Origin: the human T2T-CHM13v2.0 reference genome, Homo sapiens
Reading direction: 5' to 3' (one strand)
DNA length: 64,000 nt
NCBI RefSeq assembly: GCF_009914755.1
Contig: NC_060926.1
Made by a program: the position numbers and the translations under genes. The notes under the pieces are model-generated. The model saw nothing but the letters and a program-made list of their open reading frames with translations. It searched no databases and was not told the origin of the DNA. Below are positions 12,071 to 25,519 of this stretch, in pieces; positions within the stretch are counted from its first letter, which is position 1, and each line of letters opens with the position of its first letter.

Positions 12071-15000
12071 TAATTACCTCTGGTTAATCTCAGGCACTCA
12101 GGATTCCCAATGGTGCCTTCTCTTGGGGTTGTAGTAGGACCTATCTCCTCACTCTGCAAAAGCTGGTCTTAACCAGTCTCATCTATTCTTCACTCATAAA
12201 ACATTAGATCGCGTCTTAGAAGGTAGCTAGGAGTACGGACATCAAAGCTACTTCATTCTAATGTTTCCAACATACCTGAAGGAAAGGGACAAAGCCATCG
12301 TTGTTTATTTGCACAGAGTTCATTGTTTAGAGTTCAGTTTGTCACAGATAAGAATGCTAAATACCTATCTATTCAAGTAGAGACTACATAGTTACCTGAA
12401 AATTCACAAAGTAAAATAATTTCATTAACACTTTAAATATTTGCTAATAGAAGGGTCACAACATACATTAAAATGTATATTTCCTTTATTACTGCATAGC
12501 AAAATAGTTTTAAGACCAAAAACCTAGTGACTTACCTAACACTGTCTTGTCTACTTTCATGGTTCTGAACACTGATAGGCTCAGCCTGCTAGGGTTGTTG
12601 GTTGAATAAATGAACAACCTCAAGTCAACCAAATACATTCTCTTTTGAATACTTTCCCTTCATTGACTTTAGTGGCCAGCATTTGGTATTTGTTGAGTGA
12701 ATTCAGGCATGTATCTGAGGATAAATGGCTGTTGAAGTAGAAAAATCTTTCTACTGTAGACCATCTCTGTGGTAGTCACAGTCCGTAAGTAAACTAGTGA
12801 TATAAACGGAGAAGCTGACTATTCCTTTAAAGAGAAGTCCATGCGTTTTTCCTAACATTAAATGTTTCTGTTCTATCATTAAATTGCATTGGCTGTACCA
12901 CCCAAAGAGAAAAACATGAATTTCATTATACTGTCTTTGTGTATATCTGTTAGTAAATACTTATTTACTTAGGAATCACTCACTAAAGCTGATGCACAAT
13001 CTTTATTGGGGGTGAAAAAATACTTAAACCACTTAAAAGACTCCTGTTCTCATAAATCTCTGTCAAACACATCCTTGCTGATTGAAATTAGAAAGAAAAA
13101 AAAAGCAGTCAAAAAATAAGGTTACTTCTCTAAATTTAAGTAATAGTTGTCTTCCACAAAATAGTGCAAAAATTGCCGGTTATTTTTATTCATTTTCCTG
13201 TAGAACATTAATCTTTTTATGTCCAACATCAAATCTGTTGAAAAATTACTACAAAAGTCACAAATTCTGGTAAAAATATACCTATATACCTATGAAAATG
13301 TTAAAAAAAAACCATCATATGGCAATAGAAATACTGTCTGAGTTTCAAGAGCACAGGCAGAAATTCTCCAATTATCTTCATCTTCACATGAAACATTTTG
13401 GTAATTTCAAATTAGAATTTAAACGTGAAAGACATTGCTTCCTCCAGGTTTTCTAAACCAATTAGTATGTGAAATTTAAATCTTTCTTCACTTTCTAATC
13501 TTTGAAAATCTAATCAGGCAAATGTTTTTGTCCCAACATTATATTATCACATCAAAGATATCTCACTGCCAGTTTTTCTACTATTCTAAGTTCAGTGACT
13601 TTTATATTAAACTTAAGCTAAATGTTACTTGCATGAGTGATTTTTACTTTCTAATATCCTTTATGTATACTCAAGATCTACTTTGTAATGTGAAATAAAA
13701 TATGAGGTACCATTATCTGAAATAATATTCAAATATATTAATTGCAAATTGATTTATTCAAAGTTTAAAATACACTATTGCTTTGCTGACTTCAGAATTC
13801 TCAGGAGAAGGCACTTGTTTCTTCAACATACCTCTTGAAAAGATTTATATTAATGTTAGAAAATGAAAATAAATGATTTAGCAAAGAGTATACTTTCATT
13901 TGTAGAAAATAAAATGGGAAATGATTTCAAAGTATAAACTTTCAGCTACTAATTTATAGAAAAGATATATCTCAGCACATAACAGAAATTCTATAGAAAT
14001 TATCTATTTACATGTAAAAAATGGAAAAATGCGATTTAAATTTCTTTTTTGTTCTATGTAAAAACAGTACAAATGTAAGTACAAATTCATAAATCATTGT
14101 AAGAAGTGTAAAGAATGACTTCTGATAAATTAAGCACTAATGACATTTGAAATGTCAGTACAGTTTGTCTCTCTATTGAGAGAAACAATTTTCCATTATT
14201 CCTCTTTAAAGCGATTAGACCTAATAACAACTAAAGTCCATCTATTCTGGACTTTAAGAGAAGTAAAACACATGTACTTATGATTTAGGGTCTTTATGGT
14301 TCTACATTATCAAAGTTCTTAATGACAGTGTAGAACCATAAATATCACAATATCACAACTCATTGTGGCATACAGATTACAATATATTTGTGAATAATCA
14401 TGTGTATTTTAGAAGCTGACTCTTACATTAATGGTCTATAGTAATTTGCTTTTAAAATTCATTATAAAGATGTCTTCATTTGATGAGTAGATTCAATTGC
14501 TGAAAGTACCTTACCTTTTCAGAAAACTTGTGTTTCTCTTTTTAAGGCTTACACAATTTATTCATGTGGTCCTTTTGACAATTTGCCCCTGTCCTAATTG
14601 ATGAACATTTTGTCAATTTTTATTTTGTATATTCTTTTAATTGGCATTATATCTCTCTTCTCTGACCTTCATTTGAGTATCTTCCAACACTGCTTGTCAA
14701 GACTGTCTTTCATGATAGGACAGGATTCTTGTACTGGCATCTGTATTCTCCTTAAAGTAGTGGATACATACCATTTTGAGTCCGGACCTTTTTTCACATT
14801 ATCCAAGGGGAGAGTAACCTGAAAGTGGTTAAGAACCACTGCTATGGGTGATAATGAGGTAGGAGAATAGGGTCTGGAGGAAGGGAACCTAAGGCCCATA
14901 TGCTGACTTTCTGGAACTGAATCAAAAGGAAATCCCCACCTCTCCACAACCAAGTAACAAAAGGATCAGAAGTAACTCCCTTTGCACTGCGTTGCAGATG

Positions 15001-15133
15001 AAAAATGAAAAGTATCTCTGATTGGTCCCCTCCCACAACCAATCAGACTGATCATGGGCCAAGTCTTCACCTGTAAATTTGTAACTTCACTTCAGCCCCT
15101 GATTGGTTAGCCTTCTGCAACCAGACTGGTTGT

Positions 15134-15784
15134 TGAGAAATGCCTAACCTTGTTTTTACTTTAACTCGTTACTTTGAATTTTGTCCTGCTTGTGTCTTTC
15201 ATCACCTGGCCTTGCTTCTCATATAAATGAGACTCTCTCTAGCTAGGAAGGTGGGACAAACTCCAATTAACCCCTTAATTTACAAGACACTGAGGGCTTC
15301 TCACCCAACCCCTCTTCCTAAGGACTTGGCCTGGGTAAGCAGATCCTCAGCATTTCAAAGGAGCCCAATTAACTGATAAGGTACTAACACCAACAATGTA
15401 TGAAGTTCCCAGGATTTTTCTTCAAGAGATAACAACATAAAACCTTGAGTTCATGTCTGGCATAGACCCTATATCTAATTATAATGAAAGATTTAGAAGC
15501 TTGCACCTGGTACCGTTGCTCTTCTTGTAACGATTTGTCTTTTAAGTTGTTTATCACTCTGTAACCATTTTGCTTCTTTTGATTCTTGCATGTTTTTACT
15601 TCTGTAGAATTATTACATTTGAGTCCCCCTCCCTTTCCTAAACCTAGGTATAAAAGTTAATTGAGTCCCTTCCTCGTGGCCGACAGAATTTTGAGCATTA
15701 GCTGTCTCTTTGGCCACCGGCTTAATAAAGGACTCTTAATTCGTCTCAAAGTGTGGCATTTTCTTAACTTGCCTGGGTACAACA
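15134..15784 (+). mobile_element. ERV1 solo LTR, tentatively LTR10 (HERV-I) group
   Basis: TG...CA termini (tgagaaatgcc...gggtacaaca), TATA-like ggtataaaag near 15648, AATAAA at 15724, gttg duplicated at the flanks; family name uncertain. Confidence 0.65.
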
Positions 15785-15816
15785 GTTGGCCACTCCCTCA
15801 TTTAGATAAGGTGTAA

Positions 15817-16149
<333 letters not shown>

Positions 16150-16374
16150 GAAACCAGTCGTCTTGAGCCATTTGTTCGAGCCCACTCTCACTCTGTGGAG
16201 TGTACTTTCATTTTCATAAGTCTGTGTTTTTGTTGCTTCATTCTTCCATTGCTTTTCTATGTGTTTTGCCCAATTCTTTGTTCAAAATGCCAAGAGGGGG
16301 ACCACTCATTGTCAAAACCCTCCAATGGTAATAATGAGAGACTACAATGCAATCCGAATGAAGAGAGACTGGCT

Positions 16375-16833
16375 TGTATTGGTTTCCTATTGGTGTCATA
16401 AAAATTAACAAATCTTATTGGCTTAAACAACACAAATTTAATATCTTATAGTTCTGCAAGTTAGAAGACTAACACAGTTCTCACTGTGCTAAAATGATGA
16501 TGTTCATGGGCTGCAGAGCAGTCTAGAGGCTCCAGTTGGCAATCTCTTTCCTTCTTACAATTAAAGGCCATTCACACTTTTTGGCCGGTGGCCTCTTCCT
16601 CCATCTTTAAAACTAGCAATATTGCGTCTCTCTGACCCTTCTTCCATGTAGTCATGCCTCCCTCTCAGACCTGGCCTGGAAAGGTTCTCTGCTTAATCAT
16701 GTGATTAAGTTCGGCCTACCTTTTACCATGTAATGATTATTAAATATTATTATTAAATAATTAAATATTAATTCACAGATTCTATAGATTAAGACGTGGG
16801 CATTTTGGGGGGACTGTTATTCTATTTACCACA
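16375..16833 (-). mobile_element. MLT1-type MaLR solo LTR
   Basis: tgtattggtttcctatt...ggcttaaacaacacaaattt...gattaagacgtgggcattttgggggg...taccaca. Confidence 0.75.
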
Positions 16834-18061
16834 AGCAACAAACATTTTCATACAGTAAATATGAGATTAACATTCTAAATTGAGATATAAATTTGTCTTC
16901 TCATGTTCTATGGAAATCTTCTCTCTATATTTGAGTCAAATCTCAATGTCCACTCTTCTATCCTGGTTTCTTCAGTTCCCATCAACTGAAATCCCTCCTT
17001 GTCCAAAACACTTGCTGCTACATATCATCAGATGCTTACTGTATTCCTTTCTTCCTCTATGAATTATTTTTTAAATAATCTCAGGTCTATGGCCCTCAAT
17101 CCTGTCTCATTCTGGTTGAGAAAAAAGTAAGAGCTTCCACTAGACTACAGAATGCTTTGGAGGTAGAAAAATGAATAGAAAAAAACAAACTTCTCAAAAT
17201 GCTTTGGAGATAGAAAAAAAGTAATAGACACTTCCTCACTTTTAACTTGGATCAGTGATGAAATACGTCATTTGCTATATGAGCGATTTAAACTTCTTCC
17301 CACAAGTATTTCAATGGAACCTCCTTTTTAGCTTTGGTATCTAGTTTACATTTTCTATTTTATTTATATTAACTTATTAGTATATTAATTTGATATGTAA
17401 GATTATATGGCATTTTTATAGCACATTTGACTTGTAGATTAAGAAATATGACTATGACACATTACCAGCTATTTGAACATAGGCCAGTTATAAATATTTA
17501 AACTGACTCATTCTGTCTTTGTAACATAGTTGACCATGCCTGCTCCTTTACTTCAAATATTGGTTTTGATAATCAGATAATTGTATAACATATTTGAAAT
17601 TATTAGAAAACTTAATCAACTAGTTTAAAATAATACTGAAAAATAATTATAATTACAACTACAGTTTAAAGTTGAAAAACAAGACAAAAAGACATATTTT
17701 AATAACAGCTTTATGCTTTGTATTTTTTTCTTGTAAATGGTATATTTATAGACATGCTGCGTGCTGTTAACTGTGATTCCTAATATTAGGAAGCTTTTTT
17801 CTTTTTTTTTTTTTTTAACACAATTTCCCTGTTCTTATTGTTAAGTAAAAGAAATCTTTAGTTTGACAAGTTCATTATTTCAGTAGGAAAGCAAGGTGTG
17901 TACACATGGAAATTATACATAAAAAAGTACATAAATGAACTGAAAAAATATGAAAAGAACACAATTAGTATGAATAGAATTTGAGTATTATTTTCTATAA
18001 TTTACTGAATTTTTCAAGAAATGTTAAAAAAGTTAAGAAGTCAAATATCTTTTCTAACAGT

Positions 18062-18290
18062 GACCATTTATTAAGCACTTTTATATAATAGGTAAATTAT
18101 ATATTAAAACCATATAACAATTACTGAGACACAACTAGCCTATGATTAAAATATTGTTGACTCTATTTTACAGATGAAAAAACTGAGACTCAGAGATTAA
18201 GTAATATCTTTGAGGCTACATGGGTATTCAATGATCATATCAAAATTTAAATCCCAGTCAGCTTAAATGTTGAAGCTTCTGACCTTGGGT
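18062..18290 (-). mobile_element. MIR
   Basis: Core ctctattttacagatgaaaaaactgagactcagagattaagtaa. Confidence 0.75.
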
Positions 18291-19330
18291 GCTCTGCTTC
18301 ATGAAGAGGTCTGTAAAGAAATGATGTGATTTAATTTAAAAGTGTGGAGACTGCCATTTGAGACCCTTCAATGCTACACCAAAATTAGACACACTGTTCA
18401 ACATTTTTTTCTGAGCAAATTTGACTGTGTTTTATAGTAGGAAAATTTTATTAAATGCTTATAATGTTTTGCTAAATGCTAGAATTATGGCAATAAATTT
18501 TCTTTAATATTGATGTGATTATGTTTAAAAATAGGTAATTTGCTTGTTTTTTAAAAGTCAACAAAAATGCCTCTCAAAAATAAGCAGTAATTATACAAGT
18601 AGATGGAATATGGGGAAAAATAACTCTTACATTGCTAGGACTTAACCCACAAAGGGGTGGAAGAGCTACTATTTAATTTATATTTGATTTTTTGTTTTTG
18701 ATATAGTATTCATTTATACTATAAACTGTAATAGAAGTTATCACTTACTTTGGTGGACTTTGCAGTAAATAAACTTCTAGAGGACACACTTCAAATTTAA
18801 ATTTCAACTCTGACTTAAAGTCATCAGATAATTCACATTCCAGAAGTCTGCGTTTATGGTTTGATGTCTTCAATATATTTTACGTTAACTAAAATTACAC
18901 ATTGAGTTATATTAGTGTTTTAGTTATTATAATATTTGGCATCTAAACATATTTTTAAACTTTGTAATATAATTGTTGAATTTCAAAAATTGTACCCTTG
19001 AGCACTTCCTGATTTGAACATAATGCCATTTCTTGATTAAAATGATTTGAAAATTTCCCAAACTCTCAGAGTGAAACACAAAATTATTATTACGATTCAA
19101 AAGACCCTCCAGGATAAGACTCCAGGATACCTCTTCAGCCCTATGTGTTCTTGGTGTCTCTAATCCAGCTATACATGTTTTTATTTAATTACATGAACTT
19201 TCCAAGCACTTTCTTTCCTCAAGGTATTTGTGTGCATAATTTCTCTGATTAGAATACTTTTTTCTGTATATGTAACTATGTAACTATTTCTTACCATAAA
19301 GCTCTCAGCCTCAACATAGCATCATTCTCA

Positions 19331-19703
<373 letters not shown>

Positions 19704-20714
19704 TGTGCCTCATATGAGCCAGTTATCCTTAATAGGGCAGAGATACAGCAGTGAACAAAATTGTCCAATATCCTTTATCTATAGATTTGATCCTAGATAC
19801 TGTATTTCAGAGTGGCCAGCTCTGGTGATAATAAATTGGTAGGCTGATTCTATTTTCATAAATATTTTGATGGCATTCCTGCAAGAGTTTTGTTTACTAA
19901 TGATCTTAACCATAATGTAAGAAATTTACTCAGAGTAATTTGCTTAGAGAAAGTCATTTGTATAATTTATTATATTATTAGTAGTCTAAGGCAAAGACCA
20001 TTTGATCTTGGAAGAATAAGTTGGTTAATTTTACAATTATTGAGACCTGGAGGAAATAGTGAGATTCCCACAGTCATATCTTCATACATATGAGATTCAG
20101 GTTTCCAGACACTGACTCTATGAACTTTCATTTTGTGAACTTCCTTTTGCTGTGTACTTAATTATTAAAGTAGTTATCTTTATGATTAGTCTTATAATTC
20201 ACTCTATTATCATTATTGTGGTTATAAATTACTGTTAACAATCACTGTTACAATATTGCTTATAGTTCCAGGGAGCAGTCATTACTATTTACAACCCTTA
20301 TTTAAACTACCTGTATATCTTCTCTATGAAACTGTAGGGTTAATTAGTTCCACAAACTAATTGACAATTTTATCTGTTCCAAAAAGTGTCTCCTTCATGC
20401 TTCTGAAGTGTACATGTATGGGTGTTGATAGGGATTGGTGGAAGCAGAGACTAGGTTGCTATTATTGTGTGCTGAGACTTAATGAACAAGTTTAGGCTCA
20501 CATTCACTTTATCTATTTTATGAGATGAGACTTCATACTGATCCTATTTAAATTTTTATATTTATTACTCTAAAATAACATTTTTAGTCTATGAGCATAT
20601 ATGTTCTGTAATCACTTTGATTTATTCTCTTAGCTTTTTTTGTTCATATATGCCTTTATGCAGGTGTGTTAACTACATACTAATTCAGCCTTAGGTACAG
20701 ATTAATTAATCTAC

Positions 20715-21230
20715 TCATTTATTTATTCGACAAATATTCATTGGATGTTGACTACATACTTGGCACTAGAGATTAAAATTCTTCAAGGACTATGACTTCA
20801 AAGAATTTGTATTTAATAGAAAACACAGAAGAGTAAAAAAAGAAGAAAGAAAAAGAAACCCAAAAATGTCACAGTAGAGTCAAATACAGTGTGTTATGAA
20901 AGCATAATAATAGGACAAAATAAAATTTTGCTTGGGAATGTTATAAAAGGGTTTCTGTAACAGGGGGAAACTGAGTTGTGTCTTGAGGTGTGAACAGGAG
21001 TTAACCTTTTGAAGATATGATAAAGTGTTTCCAGCAGAAGAAAGAGGACATTCTAAAGTACAAAGATGTAACCACATTATAAGCCCCACCTTAAAAAGTG
21101 TGCTTTGTAACTGGACCAGAAAATGTATATCATTAAATAATTAATTAGAGCTGGAAAGAAAGAATGAGTAAAAATTATAGACTTGTGAAAACTACCATAA
21201 GAAATTTTGATTTAATGTATCCAGTGGAAA
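20715..21230 (-). mobile_element. L2 3' fragment
   Basis: catttatttattcgacaaatattcattg (reverse complement of the L2 tail) plus ccagcagaagaaagagg-type L2 body. Confidence 0.55.
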
Positions 21231-22309
21231 CCTTCCCTAGCTAAATATTTTAATTCCAGAGATTAAGTTGTGTTTTCTGTGAAACCAGCAGCCATTATAC
21301 AGAAATGCTATCAACTCCCTGCCAATAACAACAACAACAACAAATATCTGTTTTCAACACCATAATGTACTATTTCATTTTACACGATGAGAAATGCCTT
21401 AGCCTCTGCCCAAGTTAATCCATTTTTTGAACTCTTACTTTTCTTCATACCTCCTAGTGACCTTGTTCCTTTCTGCAATACATCAACCCTTCCTAGCTAC
21501 TGGATCATTCTCATCTCATCAAATTTACTACTTAAGATAAACAAATAAGCAAATAGATAAATGTGAGAGAGAAAACAATCATTCTTGACAAAATTTCTAC
21601 AGAAATACATGGATGGAGTTCTTGGGATATGCACAACTGAAAATATTTATTGGTCCTCCTTTTCTGCCTGCTGGCATGATGGGGGCATAAATAAATTTTT
21701 AGCAAAGGTCAAAAGGCAGAATACAATCTAAATAATACAACCTTATATATCATGACAAACATTGTTGATAATTGGTAATTGTTAAATTATCAATTTAACA
21801 GATAATCGATGTGTTACCCTCTATCATTTGGGTCAAAACTCTGATTATATCCTTCTTAGAACACATGAACAATTTCAGAATTACATGTCAAATAATAGAG
21901 TTGTGCTATCTGTAAAATTCAGAGTTGTAAATTATTAAATAGAAAAGTGCAGTATTAATTTACTCTTTGAAAACTAAGGAAAGAAAAAAAGTTAAATTAA
22001 CCAAAGTTTAAATGAGATGTTAGTTCATTAGAAAATAAAAAATAAAATCATTTAAAAGTTTTAAATAAATAACAAAAAACAGGAGAATGCATATATAAGT
22101 ATAGTATGAATAAGAAAAGTAAATAGTTCTATTTCTGATTTTATTAAATGTTCAGTTGTGACAAAAATGCAAAGCTGGTTTGAGCTTGGGTAAGAGGAAA
22201 TTTTTCAGAGCAGGTTATTTTCCTCCATTATGGAATGAAACCAAAGCCCAGGATTGAAATTGTGAGGAAGTATCCAATGTTCACAGACTAGAACTTCATA
22301 ATTATAGTT

Positions 22310-22562
22310 ATTATACATTCATATATGTGACATATATATTACATATGATATATATAATACATCATGATATATTGTTACATCATATATGTCACATATTTAT
22401 ATGTCATACATATGAATATACATCAATATATGTATATCTATGATATATCATATATTCATATACCTGATATAGCATATATATTCATATAGAAGTGCATTAT
22501 ATATTATACACACATAAATGTATTCATATATATGTGTGTGTGTGTGCGTGCATGTGTGTGTA
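22310..22562. repeat. Degenerate (TA/CATA)n low-complexity tract ending in (TG)n
   Basis: Seen directly in the sequence. Confidence 0.85.
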
Positions 22563-22579
22563 TGCTCAAACATACATAC

Positions 22580-25515
22580 TATTTTATAGTGGTAAAAATA
22601 CATAACATATACATTCTATCTTATTGTGGTAAATATATATAACATAAACTTTCTCTCTTAGAAAATGTTAAGTGTACAGTATAGTATTGTCAACTATGTA
22701 TTCATTGTTGAAAACAGATCTCTAGAACTCTTACATCTTGCATGACTGAAATTCTATATTCATTGTACAACTCCCCATTTCCCCCTCCTAATGCACTCCT
22801 GGCAATCAACCTTCTATTTTCTGTTTCTTTGAGCTTAATTACCTCAGATATCTCATATAAGTAGAATCCTGCAATATTTGTCATTTTGTCATTGGTCAGG
22901 TTTCTTCTATATTGTATCATTTATCACCATTTCATTTTTTTAAGGCTAAGTAATATTCCATTGAATGTATATACCACATTTTCTTCATTTATTTATTCTT
23001 AGATGGACATTTGGTTTGTTTCTAAACCTTGGCTATTATGAATAACACTGCAATGAATGTGGCCATGCAAATATTTCTTAGAGATTCTGTATTTGATTAT
23101 TTTGGAGGTATACCCAGAAATAGGATGGCTGAATAATATGGTAGTTCTCTTAATATGGTAATCTCCTAAGGAATCTCCATACTCTTTTTGCATTGTGGCT
23201 ACACCATTTTACAATCACATCAACAGTGAACAAGGGGTCCAATATCTCCATATCTTTGCCACATTTATTTTTTTCCCTTTTTATGATAGGGGGCATCCTA
23301 ATAATGTGAGGTAGTATCTCCTGGTGGTTTTGATTTGCATTTTTATAATGATTAGTGATTTTGCACATCTTTTTATGTGCCTGTTGACTGTTTATCTTCT
23401 TTAAGTAAATGTCTAGTAATTTTTGAGTTTTTTTGTTATTGATTTGTGGGTGTTTCTTATATATAATAGATATTAACTCTTTATCTGATATATGGTTTGC
23501 AAATATTTTCTTCTGTTTCATGATTGCCCTTTTAACTCTCTTGTTTATCTTGCTGTGCAGAAGTTTTAAAATTTGATACAATCACATTTGTCTATTTTTG
23601 CTTTTGTTGTTTATGCTTTTGGTATCATATCCAAAAAAATCACCATTCTAATGTCATAATTAATTTTCACTTTGTTTTCTTTTAGGAGTTTTATAGTCCA
23701 GGTCTTACAGTTAGGCCTTTAATTTATTTTTAATTTGTATAAACAGAGTAAGATAAAGGTACATCTTCATTCTTTTCCATTGTGTATATCAAGTTTTCTT
23801 AACACCATTTGTTGAAGAGACTATCCTTTCCTCATTGCATCATTGTAGCACCTTTGTCAAAAATCATTTGACTATATGAGTGAAGGTTAAGTTTTGGGCT
23901 CTCTAACCCATTCCATTGATGGATGGTCTTTATACCAGCATCATACTGTTATGATGGCTATTACTTTGCAATATGTTTTAAACCTGGCAGTGTGGGGCCT
24001 GAAGCTTTGCTCTTTCTCAAGATTCTTACTGCTATGTAAAGTTCCCAAGGATTCCATATAAATTTTTGGATGTTTGTCCTATTTCTGCCAAGACTGCCAT
24101 TGGGATTTTGATATGGATTGCACTGAATCTGTAGATTGCTTTAGGTAATATGGACATTTTAACAATATTATTTATCTTAATCCATAAACATAGGATATCT
24201 TTTTATTCTTTTTTGCATTCTTTAATTTCTTTCAGCATTGTTTATAGTTTTCCGTACACAAATCTCTCACCTGCTCAATTTTATTCCTCAGTATTTTATT
24301 ATCTTTGATGCTATTCTAAATCAGTTTTTTAAATTATTTTCAGATTGCTCTTTGCTGGTGTATGTAAATGTATTTTTGGATGTTAATTTTATATGATGCC
24401 ACTTTACAAAATTTATTATTTCTAACTGTATTTTTGCATGAAATACTTTGGATGTTCCACATACAAAATCATGTCATCTATAAGAATAGATAATTTTACT
24501 TCTTCCTTTACAATTTGGCTAAGCCTACTCTTTATTTTTACTACCTAATGGTTTTGACTAGGAGCGCTAGTACAATGATAAATACAAGTGGCAAGAGGGT
24601 GCATTTTTTTCTTGTTCTTGGTCTTAAAAAGCTTTTATTATTTTTACCATTGGGTATAACGTTGGCTATGAGCTTTTCATATATAACTTTTATTATTTTG
24701 AAGTAATTTTCTTCCATTTCCAGTTTTCTGAGTGTTTTCTTATAAAAGTGTTGAATTTTGAAAAAATATGTTTTCTGTATTAATTGTCGTTTGTGTTCTT
24801 TGTTCTGTTAATAGGGTAAATTGCATTTGCTGATTTTCATATACTGAAACATCCTGGCATCTCAATGGTAAATCCCATTTGGACATAATGTATAATGCTT
24901 TTAATGTGCTATTAGATTTGGTTTGCTCTTATTCTTGTGTATAACACTTTTAATGTGCTATTAGATTTGGTTTGCGCTTATTCTTTTGAAGCTTTTGCAT
25001 CAATATTCATCAGGGTTATTAGTCTGGATTTTTAAATAGTATCTTTGTCTGGCTTAAGTATCAGGGTAATGTTGGACTCATACAGTTGATTTAAAAGTGT
25101 TCCTTTCTATTCATTTATTTGAAAGGATTTCAGGAGGATTTGTGCCGATTCTTATTTAAATGTTTGGCAAAATTCTCCAGCAAAGCTATTTGGTCCTGAT
25201 GTTTCTTTTGTTGGATGGTTTGATAATTGATTTAATCTCCTTACTTGTTATTGGTATGTTCAGTTTTTCCATTTCTTTATGATTTACTCAGTAGACTGTA
25301 TGTTTCTAGGAATTTATTTTTTTTCTAAATTATCCAATTTGTTGGGATATATCATTTGTAGTAGTCTCAAAATAATTTTTATATCTGTGGCATCAGTTGT
25401 AATGTCTCCTCTTTCACTTCTGATTTTAACTATCTGGGTCATCTCTTTTCTTTGTCTAGCTAAGTATTTGCAATTTTTATTGAACGTTCAAATAAAACAA
25501 CTCTTTGCTGTTGTT
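22580..25515 (-). mobile_element. Old L1M (L1MA9/L1MB-like), 3' half
   Basis: Reverse-strand L1 3' UTR (cagatctctagaactc) and ORF2 remnants (KKIFANHISDKELIS in ORF 23150-23581). Confidence 0.85.
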
Positions 25516-25519
25516 ATTT

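Noticed and set aside
14760-14845. Possible hAT/MER DNA-transposon end (ggttaagaaccactg)
   Set aside because: Only one short terminus-like motif; I could not identify the other end or a TSD.
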